Assembly (NCBI GenBank): GCA_028873375.1
Contig: JAGWKU010000001.1
Span: forward strand, 11,763 to 75,762
Length of the DNA: 64,000 bases
Reading direction: 5' to 3'
DNA from: Verrucomicrobiota bacterium
GTDB taxonomy: Bacteria > Chlamydiota > Chlamydiia > Chlamydiales > SM23-39
Shown one piece after another: positions 17,341-25,063 of the stretch. Each line of letters begins with the position of its first letter. The first letter of the stretch is position 1. Position numbers and translations under genes: made by a program. Below the pieces are notes generated by a model that saw nothing but the letters and a program-made list of their open reading frames with translations, ran no database searches and was not told the origin of the DNA.

Positions 17341-18401
17341 AACGCTCGTTTTTCTTGTTGCCTGTCTTTCTCTTTTTGCTTCTCAGCTTGCCTGAGGGCG
17401 CCTCTAATCGTCTCCGATCGCGTACGGTGGCTTTACTGTCTCCTTTTTGGAAATTAGGCGATGCGGCTCGAAAGCCTCTCGTTCCGGTGGCCCCTGTTTC
17501 TTCTCAGGAAGTGAATAGCTTGCAGTTGGAAAATCATCAATTGCGAAGCCAGCTCGATCTAGTTTACGAATGGCTGAGTTCAGAAAAGCGGTTGCGCGAT
17601 CAAATCGATGTGTTTCGCGAATTGAAGGGAGAGCCCAAGGAATTCATTGAGCGACGGACGAAGGAGATGAAAGCTCTCCTTCAAAAACAAGCGATGGCGG
17701 CCTTTGGACGGATCATTTATCGCGATCCGAATTCATGGAGCAGCAGCTGCTGGATTGATGTGGGAGAAGAGGATAATGAGGCGCTCGGTCAGCCTATTGT
17801 GGCCAAGAATAGCCCTGTTGTCGCAGGCGCTTCTTTGGTCGGCATTGTGGAGTATGTAGGCAAACGACATTCTCGAGTGAGACTCATCACCGATTCAGGA
17901 TTGAAAATTGCAGTACGAGCTGTGAGAGGGTCGATTCAAGAGCGAGAAATGGCCTCATTGGTACATGTCTTGCTTGATCGATTGCAGAGATACTCTCAAG
18001 GGAAAGAACAGGTCGCGGTCGATGGATTGGCGCAGTTGGAAAAAAAATTCCCGGTTCGGTGGAGCGATTCTTATTTAGCAAAGGGAGAGGTTTTTGGCAG
18101 TAGCGCTACCTATTTTCGCTCTCTCAAGTCGACATTGAAGGGAGTTGGATTCAATTGTGATGTGAGTGACGCAGAAGGGCCTGCTCGTGATTTGCGAAGT
18201 GGAATTTTAAAAAAGGGAGATTTTCTCCTCACTTCCGGCCTCGATGGAGTTTTTCCTCCTGGGCTGAAAGTGGGTGTTGTCAGCTCTGTAAAGCCGCTGC
18301 GTGAAGGGGCCTTTGCCTATGAATTAGAGGCTGTTCCCTCGGCGGAGAATTTGTCTGATCTTACTTCTATCTACGTCCTCCCCCCCCTTAGCTTGGAGTG
18401 A
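17337..18401 (+). CDS. mreC: Rod-shape determining protein MreC
   Basis: An N-terminal TM and coiled-coil segment is followed by VVAGASLVGIVEYVGKRHSRVRLITDSGLKIAV and LLTSGLDGVFPPGLKVG, both typical of MreC. The GTG start overlaps the aspC stop (GTGA). Confidence 0.8.
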   Translation: MKRSFFLLPVFLFLLLSLPEGASNRLRSRTVALLSPFWKLGDAARKPLVPVAPVSSQEVNSLQLENHQLRSQLDLVYEWLSSEKRLRDQIDVFRELKGEPKEFIERRTKEMKALLQKQAMAAFGRIIYRDPNSWSSSCWIDVGEEDNEALGQPIVAKNSPVVAGASLVGIVEYVGKRHSRVRLITDSGLKIAVRAVRGSIQEREMASLVHVLLDRLQRYSQGKEQVAVDGLAQLEKKFPVRWSDSYLAKGEVFGSSATYFRSLKSTLKGVGFNCDVSDAEGPARDLRSGILKKGDFLLTSGLDGVFPPGLKVGVVSSVKPLREGAFAYELEAVPSAENLSDLTSIYVLPPLSLE

Positions 18402-19376
18402 GCCAAAGGCTTTCTCGTAGAGTTCGCGTTGAAGCGGCTCAAAATTCCTGGCTTTACATAGATTTTTCTCAATTTGAAAGAGGAGATTGCGGTCGGGATG
18501 CACCCTTTGTCCGCAGGAGTGGAGCCGGGCTAGGGGTAGGGAGGAGCGAGCAAGGAGGAACATTGGCTTTTGGAAGGCAAGAACGTCATACCCAACAGAG
18601 GAATAATCGCCTAAGTAGGCGTCAATTCGTTCAAGAAGCGGATAGACAGGAGGAAATTCATGGATGAGGAACACGTTTTCCAAAGAGGCAGTGAGTCGGC
18701 AAAATAGAGCGGGATCTCTTTGTGAAAGGAGAGGGTGGATTTTGATGAGGACATTCCAGTCGCTTTTTTGATTGAGTTGCTGGAAGGTCTCAAAAAAAGA
18801 GGTCGATTGATCGGCATCTTGCCAAGTGGGAGCGTAGAGAAGAGTGGGACGTTTGGGATCGAGGAAGGAAAAGACCTCTTTTTGGGCTGCTGCTCGTAAT
18901 CTCTCTCGATGGGTTTGAAAGTAAAGCCAACGATGATTGCCGATCATCCAGTAGTCAGGAATTTGGATATTTAACTCTTCGAGCATTTTTTTCAGCAAAT
19001 TGCCGTACAGAAGGACGCCATCTTGAGTTGCATAGGGAGCTAAAAGTGGGGTGGCATAGCCTTTATCTGATTGTCCATGAGGGCAAAAGATGAGTTCCAT
19101 TTTTTTGTGAAAGAGGGTCCGAAAGAGCTCTTTGAGGTGAGGCGCCCAATATTTGCATTCGATGAGCAGGTCGAATCGGTCGGCAATTTCTTTGAGATGA
19201 AATTCGAGATGAGTCCACCGCTCGGTAGACACTTCAGGATAATATTTTGCTGCGAGAAGTTCATTTTCTTCTTCGGTGACAATAAGAGGGATGTTGAGGA
19301 TGGAAGCGAGAGGTGCGATGTGATCGAGGAGATGGATGTCTGGTCCGGTATTGAATGCACAAGCTTTTAAAAGCAT
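18324..19376 (-). CDS. CDP-glycerol glycerophosphotransferase (TagB/TagF)-family protein, paralog 2
   Basis: Family blocks are LLYAPTWQD, LIKIHPLL and YLGDYSSVGYDVLAFQKPMF. The ATG overlaps the upstream paralog's stop by 10 nt. The 3' end overlaps the convergent mreC by 78 nt. Confidence 0.7.
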   Translation of the reverse strand: MLLKACAFNTGPDIHLLDHIAPLASILNIPLIVTEEENELLAAKYYPEVSTERWTHLEFHLKEIADRFDLLIECKYWAPHLKELFRTLFHKKMELIFCPHGQSDKGYATPLLAPYATQDGVLLYGNLLKKMLEELNIQIPDYWMIGNHRWLYFQTHRERLRAAAQKEVFSFLDPKRPTLLYAPTWQDADQSTSFFETFQQLNQKSDWNVLIKIHPLLSQRDPALFCRLTASLENVFLIHEFPPVYPLLERIDAYLGDYSSVGYDVLAFQKPMFLLARSSLPLARLHSCGQRVHPDRNLLFQIEKNLCKARNFEPLQRELYEKAFGSLQAKGGEDVDRSKIRQILRRGNSL

Positions 19377-20335
19377 GCTTCAATCCTCTCTTTTAAATTC
19401 GAAGGGACCGAATCGAAGGCGTAGGGAAAGAGGGTCGGATTGGGAGAGGGATTTTTTTGAAAGAGTTGTGAAATCTCGTTGAGTTCGATGCATTCTCCCG
19501 CCTGCATCAAAAAAGCGCTTGGGTCGCGATTAGGATCTACTTTCTCACGACATAGAAAATACATCGGGCGCTGGCAACAGAGAAAATCATAGCCGATAGA
19601 AGACATATCGCCGATATAGATGTCGGTGCGGGCAAGAAGAGGATAGATAGGAGGAAAGTTTTCGAGAAATTCGACATTGGATGGAGCTTTCCCTTTGCAT
19701 TGTTCGATTCTCGGGCTGTGGAGTCGTTCGGTATTGGGATGGAGTTTGATCAAGAGAGTACGATCTTTAGGTACTTGTTGGATGAGTTGGGAATATGCTT
19801 CCCAAAAAGTGCCATTGTTTTCGCAATCTTCCCAAGTTGGCGCATAGAGAATGAAGCGCCTTTTTCCAAACCGCTGTTCAAGCAGCTTTTCATAGAAAGG
19901 GCGGTGTTTTTCGCTGTAAACTTTCCGGAAGTTGCCAACTGAAATCTGGGGGACTGAAATGTTTTTTGCGTAGAGGACATCGCGCATCTTTTGACCATAG
20001 ACGAGCAGAAATTGTTCGCAGCCAAGGGCTTCAAAGAAGGGGCTTTTCCAGCCTTTGTCGGAAAGGCCATGAGGGAGCCACATCATTTGAACAGGAGGAT
20101 GGTGAGGGCTGAGAGCCGCTTCGAGAAGGGGGCGACTGACGCAAGTGACAAGACAGGGAGGATGGAGATCTCCCATTTTTTTTTGAATGACTTGGAGATC
20201 GGGATAATAGGTTTGGCATGCGTCGGCGATCGAATCTTCCCAGACAATCAGAGGCCAATCCATGAGAGCGCAAAAGGGGCCGAGATGATCGAGATAGTGA
20301 AAGGATTCATCAAAAATCAAACCGGCGTATTTCAT
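19367..20335 (-). CDS. CDP-glycerol glycerophosphotransferase (TagB/TagF)-family protein, paralog 1
   Basis: Blocks are ILYAPTWED, LIKLHPNT and YIGDMSSIGYDFLCCQRPMY. It is clearly paralogous to the downstream gene, including the N-terminal YLDHLGP / LLDHIAP. Confidence 0.7.
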   Translation of the reverse strand: MKYAGLIFDESFHYLDHLGPFCALMDWPLIVWEDSIADACQTYYPDLQVIQKKMGDLHPPCLVTCVSRPLLEAALSPHHPPVQMMWLPHGLSDKGWKSPFFEALGCEQFLLVYGQKMRDVLYAKNISVPQISVGNFRKVYSEKHRPFYEKLLEQRFGKRRFILYAPTWEDCENNGTFWEAYSQLIQQVPKDRTLLIKLHPNTERLHSPRIEQCKGKAPSNVEFLENFPPIYPLLARTDIYIGDMSSIGYDFLCCQRPMYFLCREKVDPNRDPSAFLMQAGECIELNEISQLFQKNPSPNPTLFPYAFDSVPSNLKERIEACF

Positions 20336-20382
20336 AAATGGTCATTTTGCAATAATAGCGAGTTCCTCGGGAGAAAAATCGT

Positions 20383-21429
20383 TTGGAAGCGTGGTTTCTA
20401 GAAAATCGTAGATCTTTTCCTTGGCGAGACAAGCCGACCCCTTATCGAATATGGGTCTCTGAAGTGATGTTGCAGCAGACGCGAGCTCAAGTTGTTGGCC
20501 CTTATTTTGAACGGTGGATGAAGTTATTTCCCGATATAGTGACTCTCGCCGCAGCGCCTCTTGAACAGGTCATCAAGGCATGGGAAGGACTTGGCTATTA
20601 CAGCAGAGCGAGAAATTTGCATGCAGGAGCGCAGCAAGTGATGCGCGAATACAACGGTGAGCTCCCCTGCTCAAAAGAAAAATTACTGTCGATTCGAGGG
20701 CTCGGGCCTTATACTGTTGGAGCAATTTTAAGTTTTGGCTTTCATCAGCGAGCAGCTGCGGTAGATGGAAATGTAGAGCGAGTTGTCACTCGATATTTCT
20801 GGATTGCTGAAGATGTCAAAAAAGTGGCGACAAAAAGAAAAATTGAACAGGCAGCAGAAGGGTTGTTGAATCGAGAACAGCCTTGGGTGACTGCAGAGGC
20901 ATTGATTGAATTGGGTGCAACCATATGTTTACCTAAGCCGCGGTGCGAGGCGTGCCCTTTGCGAATGAGCTGCCAAGCGCATGCGAAAGGACAAGTTGAT
21001 TCGCTTCCATTGAAACCAATACCGCCCAAGATTGAAAAGATTGTAAGAGGAGTTGCGATTGTCGAAGCCGAAGGGTGTGTTTTGCTCCGAAAAAATCCAG
21101 AAGGACAGCTAATGGGAGGTTTGAGCGAATTTCCTTACTTTGAGGGAAAGCAGACGTTACGAGCGGTTCAAAAAGAGCTTGAGGGATTGCTTGGAAAAAA
21201 ACTGGAACTCATGAGTCGGCTACCGCCTGTGGAACACTCGTTTACTCGGTTTAGCGCCCATTTATTTCCTTTCCATTTTCGATTGAAGAAAAAGGTTGAT
21301 CATCCCTCTTTCCCATGGGTTCCTATTGCAGAATTGGCACAGTATCCCTTTTCTTCAGGGCATCGAAAAATATTTCTCGAGCGTTGCAATTTTTGGCGCT
21401 CCTATGGTTTGCTCGAGAGCAAGTCATGA
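20383..21429 (+). CDS. mutY: A/G-specific adenine DNA glycosylase MutY
   Basis: It has FPWRDKPTPYRIWVSEVMLQQTRAQVV, the helix-hairpin-helix LSIRGLGPYTVGAIL, the 4Fe-4S Cys cluster C-x6-C-x2-C-x5-C (CLPKPRCEACPLRMSC) and a C-terminal NUDIX-like domain. The TTG start is the only in-frame start after an upstream stop. Confidence 0.9.
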   Translation: MEAWFLENRRSFPWRDKPTPYRIWVSEVMLQQTRAQVVGPYFERWMKLFPDIVTLAAAPLEQVIKAWEGLGYYSRARNLHAGAQQVMREYNGELPCSKEKLLSIRGLGPYTVGAILSFGFHQRAAAVDGNVERVVTRYFWIAEDVKKVATKRKIEQAAEGLLNREQPWVTAEALIELGATICLPKPRCEACPLRMSCQAHAKGQVDSLPLKPIPPKIEKIVRGVAIVEAEGCVLLRKNPEGQLMGGLSEFPYFEGKQTLRAVQKELEGLLGKKLELMSRLPPVEHSFTRFSAHLFPFHFRLKKKVDHPSFPWVPIAELAQYPFSSGHRKIFLERCNFWRSYGLLESKS

Positions 21430-23228
21430 GAATATTGCATTTAGAAGCATCTCCCGGGTGGGGAGGACAGGAAATTCGGATTCTGCGCGAAGCAGAAGGA
21501 ATGCGAGCGCGTGGTCACGAGGTCTTTTTTGCAGTCACGTCGAACGGCGCATTAGGACTTCACGCTAAATCGGCTGGATTTACATCGTATCTCCTTCTTT
21601 TTAAAAAGCTTGCATGGCCATTTACGCTGTTTCGATTGCTGTGGATTTTGTGGAAACATCAAATTGATCTCGTCAATACACACTCTTCCCTCGACGCCTG
21701 GATTGGGGGCATTGCAGCTCGCTTGGCAGGAAAAAAAATTCTTCGCACTCGCCATCTCTCTACCCCGGTAAAAAATGGCTGGAACAGTCGAGTTGTTTAT
21801 GGGACCTTGGCTGATTTTGTAGTGACCACGTGCTCGGGCGTGATTCCTTCACTGTCCCAGCAATCGGAAAAACCAATTTCTCTTTTTTGCTCTGTAGCGA
21901 CAGGAGTGGATCCTACGAAAATCCAGGTTAATCGGGAAGAAGTGAGAGAGTTCCGAAAGAAATGGGGCATAGAATCGACCGATTTTTTAGTAGGGACTGT
22001 TTGTTTCATGCGCTCGTGGAAAGGGATTGAAGACTTTCTTAAAGCTGCAAATGCTCTTCGCGAAGAAAAGGGATTGAAATGGGTCATCGTAGGCGGCGGC
22101 CATGCAGAAAAATATCGGGCGTTGGCAAAAGAGATGAATCTCAACTCTATTGTTTATTTTACGGGACATTTAGAGCAGCCTTTCCCAGCGATCGCCTCAT
22201 TAGATGCATTTGCCCTTTTGAGTACCGCGCATGAAGGAGTTTCACAGGCGATTTTGCAGGCGGCTTACTTCAAAAAGCCATTGATTGCGACGGCGACAGG
22301 CGGACTATGCGAAGTTTGTTTGGATGGAAAAACGGGAATTCAAGTTCCTTCTTTTTCTCCCACAGAAGTCGTGGCTGCCGTTCGTAAATTAAAAGAAGAT
22401 CGCTCCCTTTGTCATCGTCTAGGAGCACAGGCACATCAATTAGTTCTCGAGCAGTTTACGTTCCAACGGACGCTCGATGAAATGGAAACTATTTATAGGA
22501 GAATGAGCATGAAAAACGAATTGGACTGGAAAGAGAGAATTTTACAGTATTATTTTTTTCATAAAAATAAGGTGTATACCTACGCTGGAACAGCTCTCGG
22601 ATGTGCTGCCCTTATCATTGCCTATTTGACGACAGGCCCCAGTGGAGCTGAAGTCGTAAAAGCAAGAGTTGCTTTCGAAGAATGGAAAAAATCTCCAACG
22701 GATGAAAAGTTGGCTAAGAAGATGCATCAGTCGCTTCGAAAACTACCTGGATTGGAGCGGGCAGTCGAAGCAGAAATTGCCCAGACATTGCTAGCGGTAG
22801 GAAGCGTGGAAAAGGCGGAGCCAGCAATTCAAAAGTGTGTTGCTCGACTGAAAGAAATTTCTCCTCTTCATGCTTCTTTTGCAGAGACGAGTTTGCTCAT
22901 TGAGAAACGGCAATATCAAGAGGCATTAGAAAAAGCGGTAGCGCTCAAAGAAGTGATTGAAAAGACATTGGATAGCAAGGTGTGGAAAAGCGATCGTTTG
23001 CAAGGGGGCTCAGCGCTCTATGTATGTAATTTATTGCGGATTGCTTGTCTGCAAAAGCAGCTCAATAATGGTCCTGGCGAGCTCGCTGCTTTAGAAGAAG
23101 TGAAAGGACTATTAGAAGTAGATGGAGAATCTTCAGCAGCGGCTCAATTTCTACAAGCGAATTTTACGCAGAAGTCGTACTCGCTCGCCGATTATATTTC
23201 TCTGCGAGAACGAACGATTGTTCGTTAA
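21426..23228 (+). CDS. Family-4 (GT-B) glycosyltransferase fused to a ~240-aa C-terminal TM/helical domain
   Basis: The ATG overlaps the mutY stop (ATGA). The N-terminal ~360 aa start MRILHLEASPGWGGQE and contain EGVSQAILQAAYFKKPLIATATGGLCEVCLDGKTGIQV, typical of GT4. The ORF then continues without a stop through MKNELDWKERILQYYFF, one TM helix and a helical region. Confidence 0.75.
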   Translation: MRILHLEASPGWGGQEIRILREAEGMRARGHEVFFAVTSNGALGLHAKSAGFTSYLLLFKKLAWPFTLFRLLWILWKHQIDLVNTHSSLDAWIGGIAARLAGKKILRTRHLSTPVKNGWNSRVVYGTLADFVVTTCSGVIPSLSQQSEKPISLFCSVATGVDPTKIQVNREEVREFRKKWGIESTDFLVGTVCFMRSWKGIEDFLKAANALREEKGLKWVIVGGGHAEKYRALAKEMNLNSIVYFTGHLEQPFPAIASLDAFALLSTAHEGVSQAILQAAYFKKPLIATATGGLCEVCLDGKTGIQVPSFSPTEVVAAVRKLKEDRSLCHRLGAQAHQLVLEQFTFQRTLDEMETIYRRMSMKNELDWKERILQYYFFHKNKVYTYAGTALGCAALIIAYLTTGPSGAEVVKARVAFEEWKKSPTDEKLAKKMHQSLRKLPGLERAVEAEIAQTLLAVGSVEKAEPAIQKCVARLKEISPLHASFAETSLLIEKRQYQEALEKAVALKEVIEKTLDSKVWKSDRLQGGSALYVCNLLRIACLQKQLNNGPGELAALEEVKGLLEVDGESSAAAQFLQANFTQKSYSLADYISLRERTIVR

Positions 23229-23674
23229 TCGTGTTCGTCGCCGGAGGATGCGCGGGGCATTTTATGCACTTTGTTTTCCGCAACGATTTGGGCATGGCGG
23301 GTATAGTAGTGATAAGACGTCCCTGCAAGCAAGCCCATCAATCCGAATAGAAGGAAAGGAATGAAAATGGCTACAACCATTTCAATAGCGCCTAAGACGA
23401 GCTGTGTAGTTTTTTCTTGTTTGTGGCGAAAGCCGTAAAGATGTTTGAGACCTTTCTCGACGGGAGACGGGAAGAAAACGCCCAAGAGCGCTCCGACAGC
23501 GAGAAAGATGATGGTCAATGCAGGTCCAGTAAAGAAATTGAAAATACTTGAAACGGCTCCGATGATGACCGCTAGAACAGTAAATACTTCAGTGGTGTGT
23601 TTACGCGCGAAATGTTCGATCTGCTCAACCGAAACGCCTTCTTTCAACTTTTCGGTGAAGTTGTTCTTATCCAT
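23225..23674 (-). CDS. Hypothetical membrane protein (149 aa)
   Basis: ATG start with three or four hydrophobic helices. It overlaps the convergent glycosyltransferase gene by 4 nt. No family recognised. Confidence 0.5.
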   Translation of the reverse strand: MDKNNFTEKLKEGVSVEQIEHFARKHTTEVFTVLAVIIGAVSSIFNFFTGPALTIIFLAVGALLGVFFPSPVEKGLKHLYGFRHKQEKTTQLVLGAIEMVVAIFIPFLLFGLMGLLAGTSYHYYTRHAQIVAENKVHKMPRASSGDEHD

Positions 23675-23851
23675 GACCCGAGCTCCCCTCTATTTAAACT
23701 TCCATTAATTATCATTTAATTCTCTAATTTAATTATTCGCAATCTTTTTCCCGTGACCTCAGGGGGCGGAGGCTTATTCTAAAATTTTTATTCAGAAAAA
23801 CTTAAGTTTCTTGCTTTCACTTTATTTTCCCAATCTCCTAAACTAACCTGT

Positions 23852-25063
23852 TTGTTTAATATGATCATGCACTTACGAGACTGTCTTTTTTTGGGCCTTG
23901 AACGGATCTCATGGCTGGGAAGTTTGGTGCTAATCCTCAGCAACTTACCGGCCATTGGTCTATATGTTCAGCTATTGTCTGTCGACCACCCATGGATTGG
24001 GGGATATGAGCATGTAAAGCCAATACCCCCTTCTGTTGATATTCGTCTTCAGCTTGCTGAAGCTCCTGTTGTTGTAGGCGATGCACGCGAGCAGATTTCT
24101 TTTTCTCTCGATCCTCCTCGTCCAGCCTCTTCTTTAAAAGGTTCAGGCCTTCTCGTCCGGTTAAACGAAAGTAAGCAGTCAAAGCGGGTGGAAGTGCCTG
24201 TCCGGCTACCGATCGAGTTCAATAAGACGGGGGTGCTCCAATTTTCTTCGGGAGATGGCCGGTTTTGGCTCGATTTGCGAGTCGGTGATGCAAGGTGTGC
24301 TGAAGCAGCATTGGTCTATGAGACTTTAACCGGGGATACAACCGAGCAACAAATTTGGCCAGTTGTTGCTCAGGAGACGCCCATTCAATCAGCCGAAGAA
24401 TTTCCTGAATCTAGCCCTTTTCGAGAGCTGGGAGAAGCCCGCTGGTGGGGAACCGACCTGTTTTTAGAAGAATATAAAGGCGGAGAGGCGATCCATCGGT
24501 TGGAAATGGGGTCAGGAGGAACATTTCTCGATGTTTCTATGAATGCTTGGCTCGTATTCAAAGACCACCAATGGCAATCCATTGCTCAGATAGAAGAAGC
24601 TCAAGGCCTGCCGATTGCTCGCATCAAAAAGGCAACCTCTCATGGATTAGAGCTAGAAGGATGGGAGGCATCTTCGCACGTCTGTTTGCGCCTTCCGCCG
24701 ACCTTATCAACGCCATTGAAAATGCGGAGCGAGGATTTCTTTGCGCAGTTACGGGTCCGTTCCGAGAAGCAGATTAGCTGCATGATGGATAAACAATGTT
24801 TGATTTTAAAAGTCGGAGACTGGGTTTTGAAGACAGACCAACGATGGCGGATTTTACGAAAAGAAGAAGAAAAAAATGCTTATGTAAAAGGCGAGTTAAC
24901 AGGCGATTTGTTTGTCTTCGATTGCATTGAAACTAAAGGCGCTGTCAAAAATGTTTGCGGACACTATTTTCCCGCCGTGCGCACCCAAAAGGCTACAATG
25001 GAATGTCCTGTGCAACGGCGCCAAGGGCCTGGCGTTCATAAAGGGCGAGGGAAGAACCGATGA
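23852..25063 (+). CDS. Hypothetical protein with N-terminal membrane anchor, first gene of the T2SS operon (possible GspC-like role)
   Basis: Its stop overlaps the gspD ATG (ATGA). It has an N-terminal hydrophobic helix WLGSLVLILSNLPAIGLYV. The start is uncertain (TTG 23852, or the ATGs a few codons in). The function is inferred only from position. Confidence 0.5.
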   Translation: MFNMIMHLRDCLFLGLERISWLGSLVLILSNLPAIGLYVQLLSVDHPWIGGYEHVKPIPPSVDIRLQLAEAPVVVGDAREQISFSLDPPRPASSLKGSGLLVRLNESKQSKRVEVPVRLPIEFNKTGVLQFSSGDGRFWLDLRVGDARCAEAALVYETLTGDTTEQQIWPVVAQETPIQSAEEFPESSPFRELGEARWWGTDLFLEEYKGGEAIHRLEMGSGGTFLDVSMNAWLVFKDHQWQSIAQIEEAQGLPIARIKKATSHGLELEGWEASSHVCLRLPPTLSTPLKMRSEDFFAQLRVRSEKQISCMMDKQCLILKVGDWVLKTDQRWRILRKEEEKNAYVKGELTGDLFVFDCIETKGAVKNVCGHYFPAVRTQKATMECPVQRRQGPGVHKGRGKNR

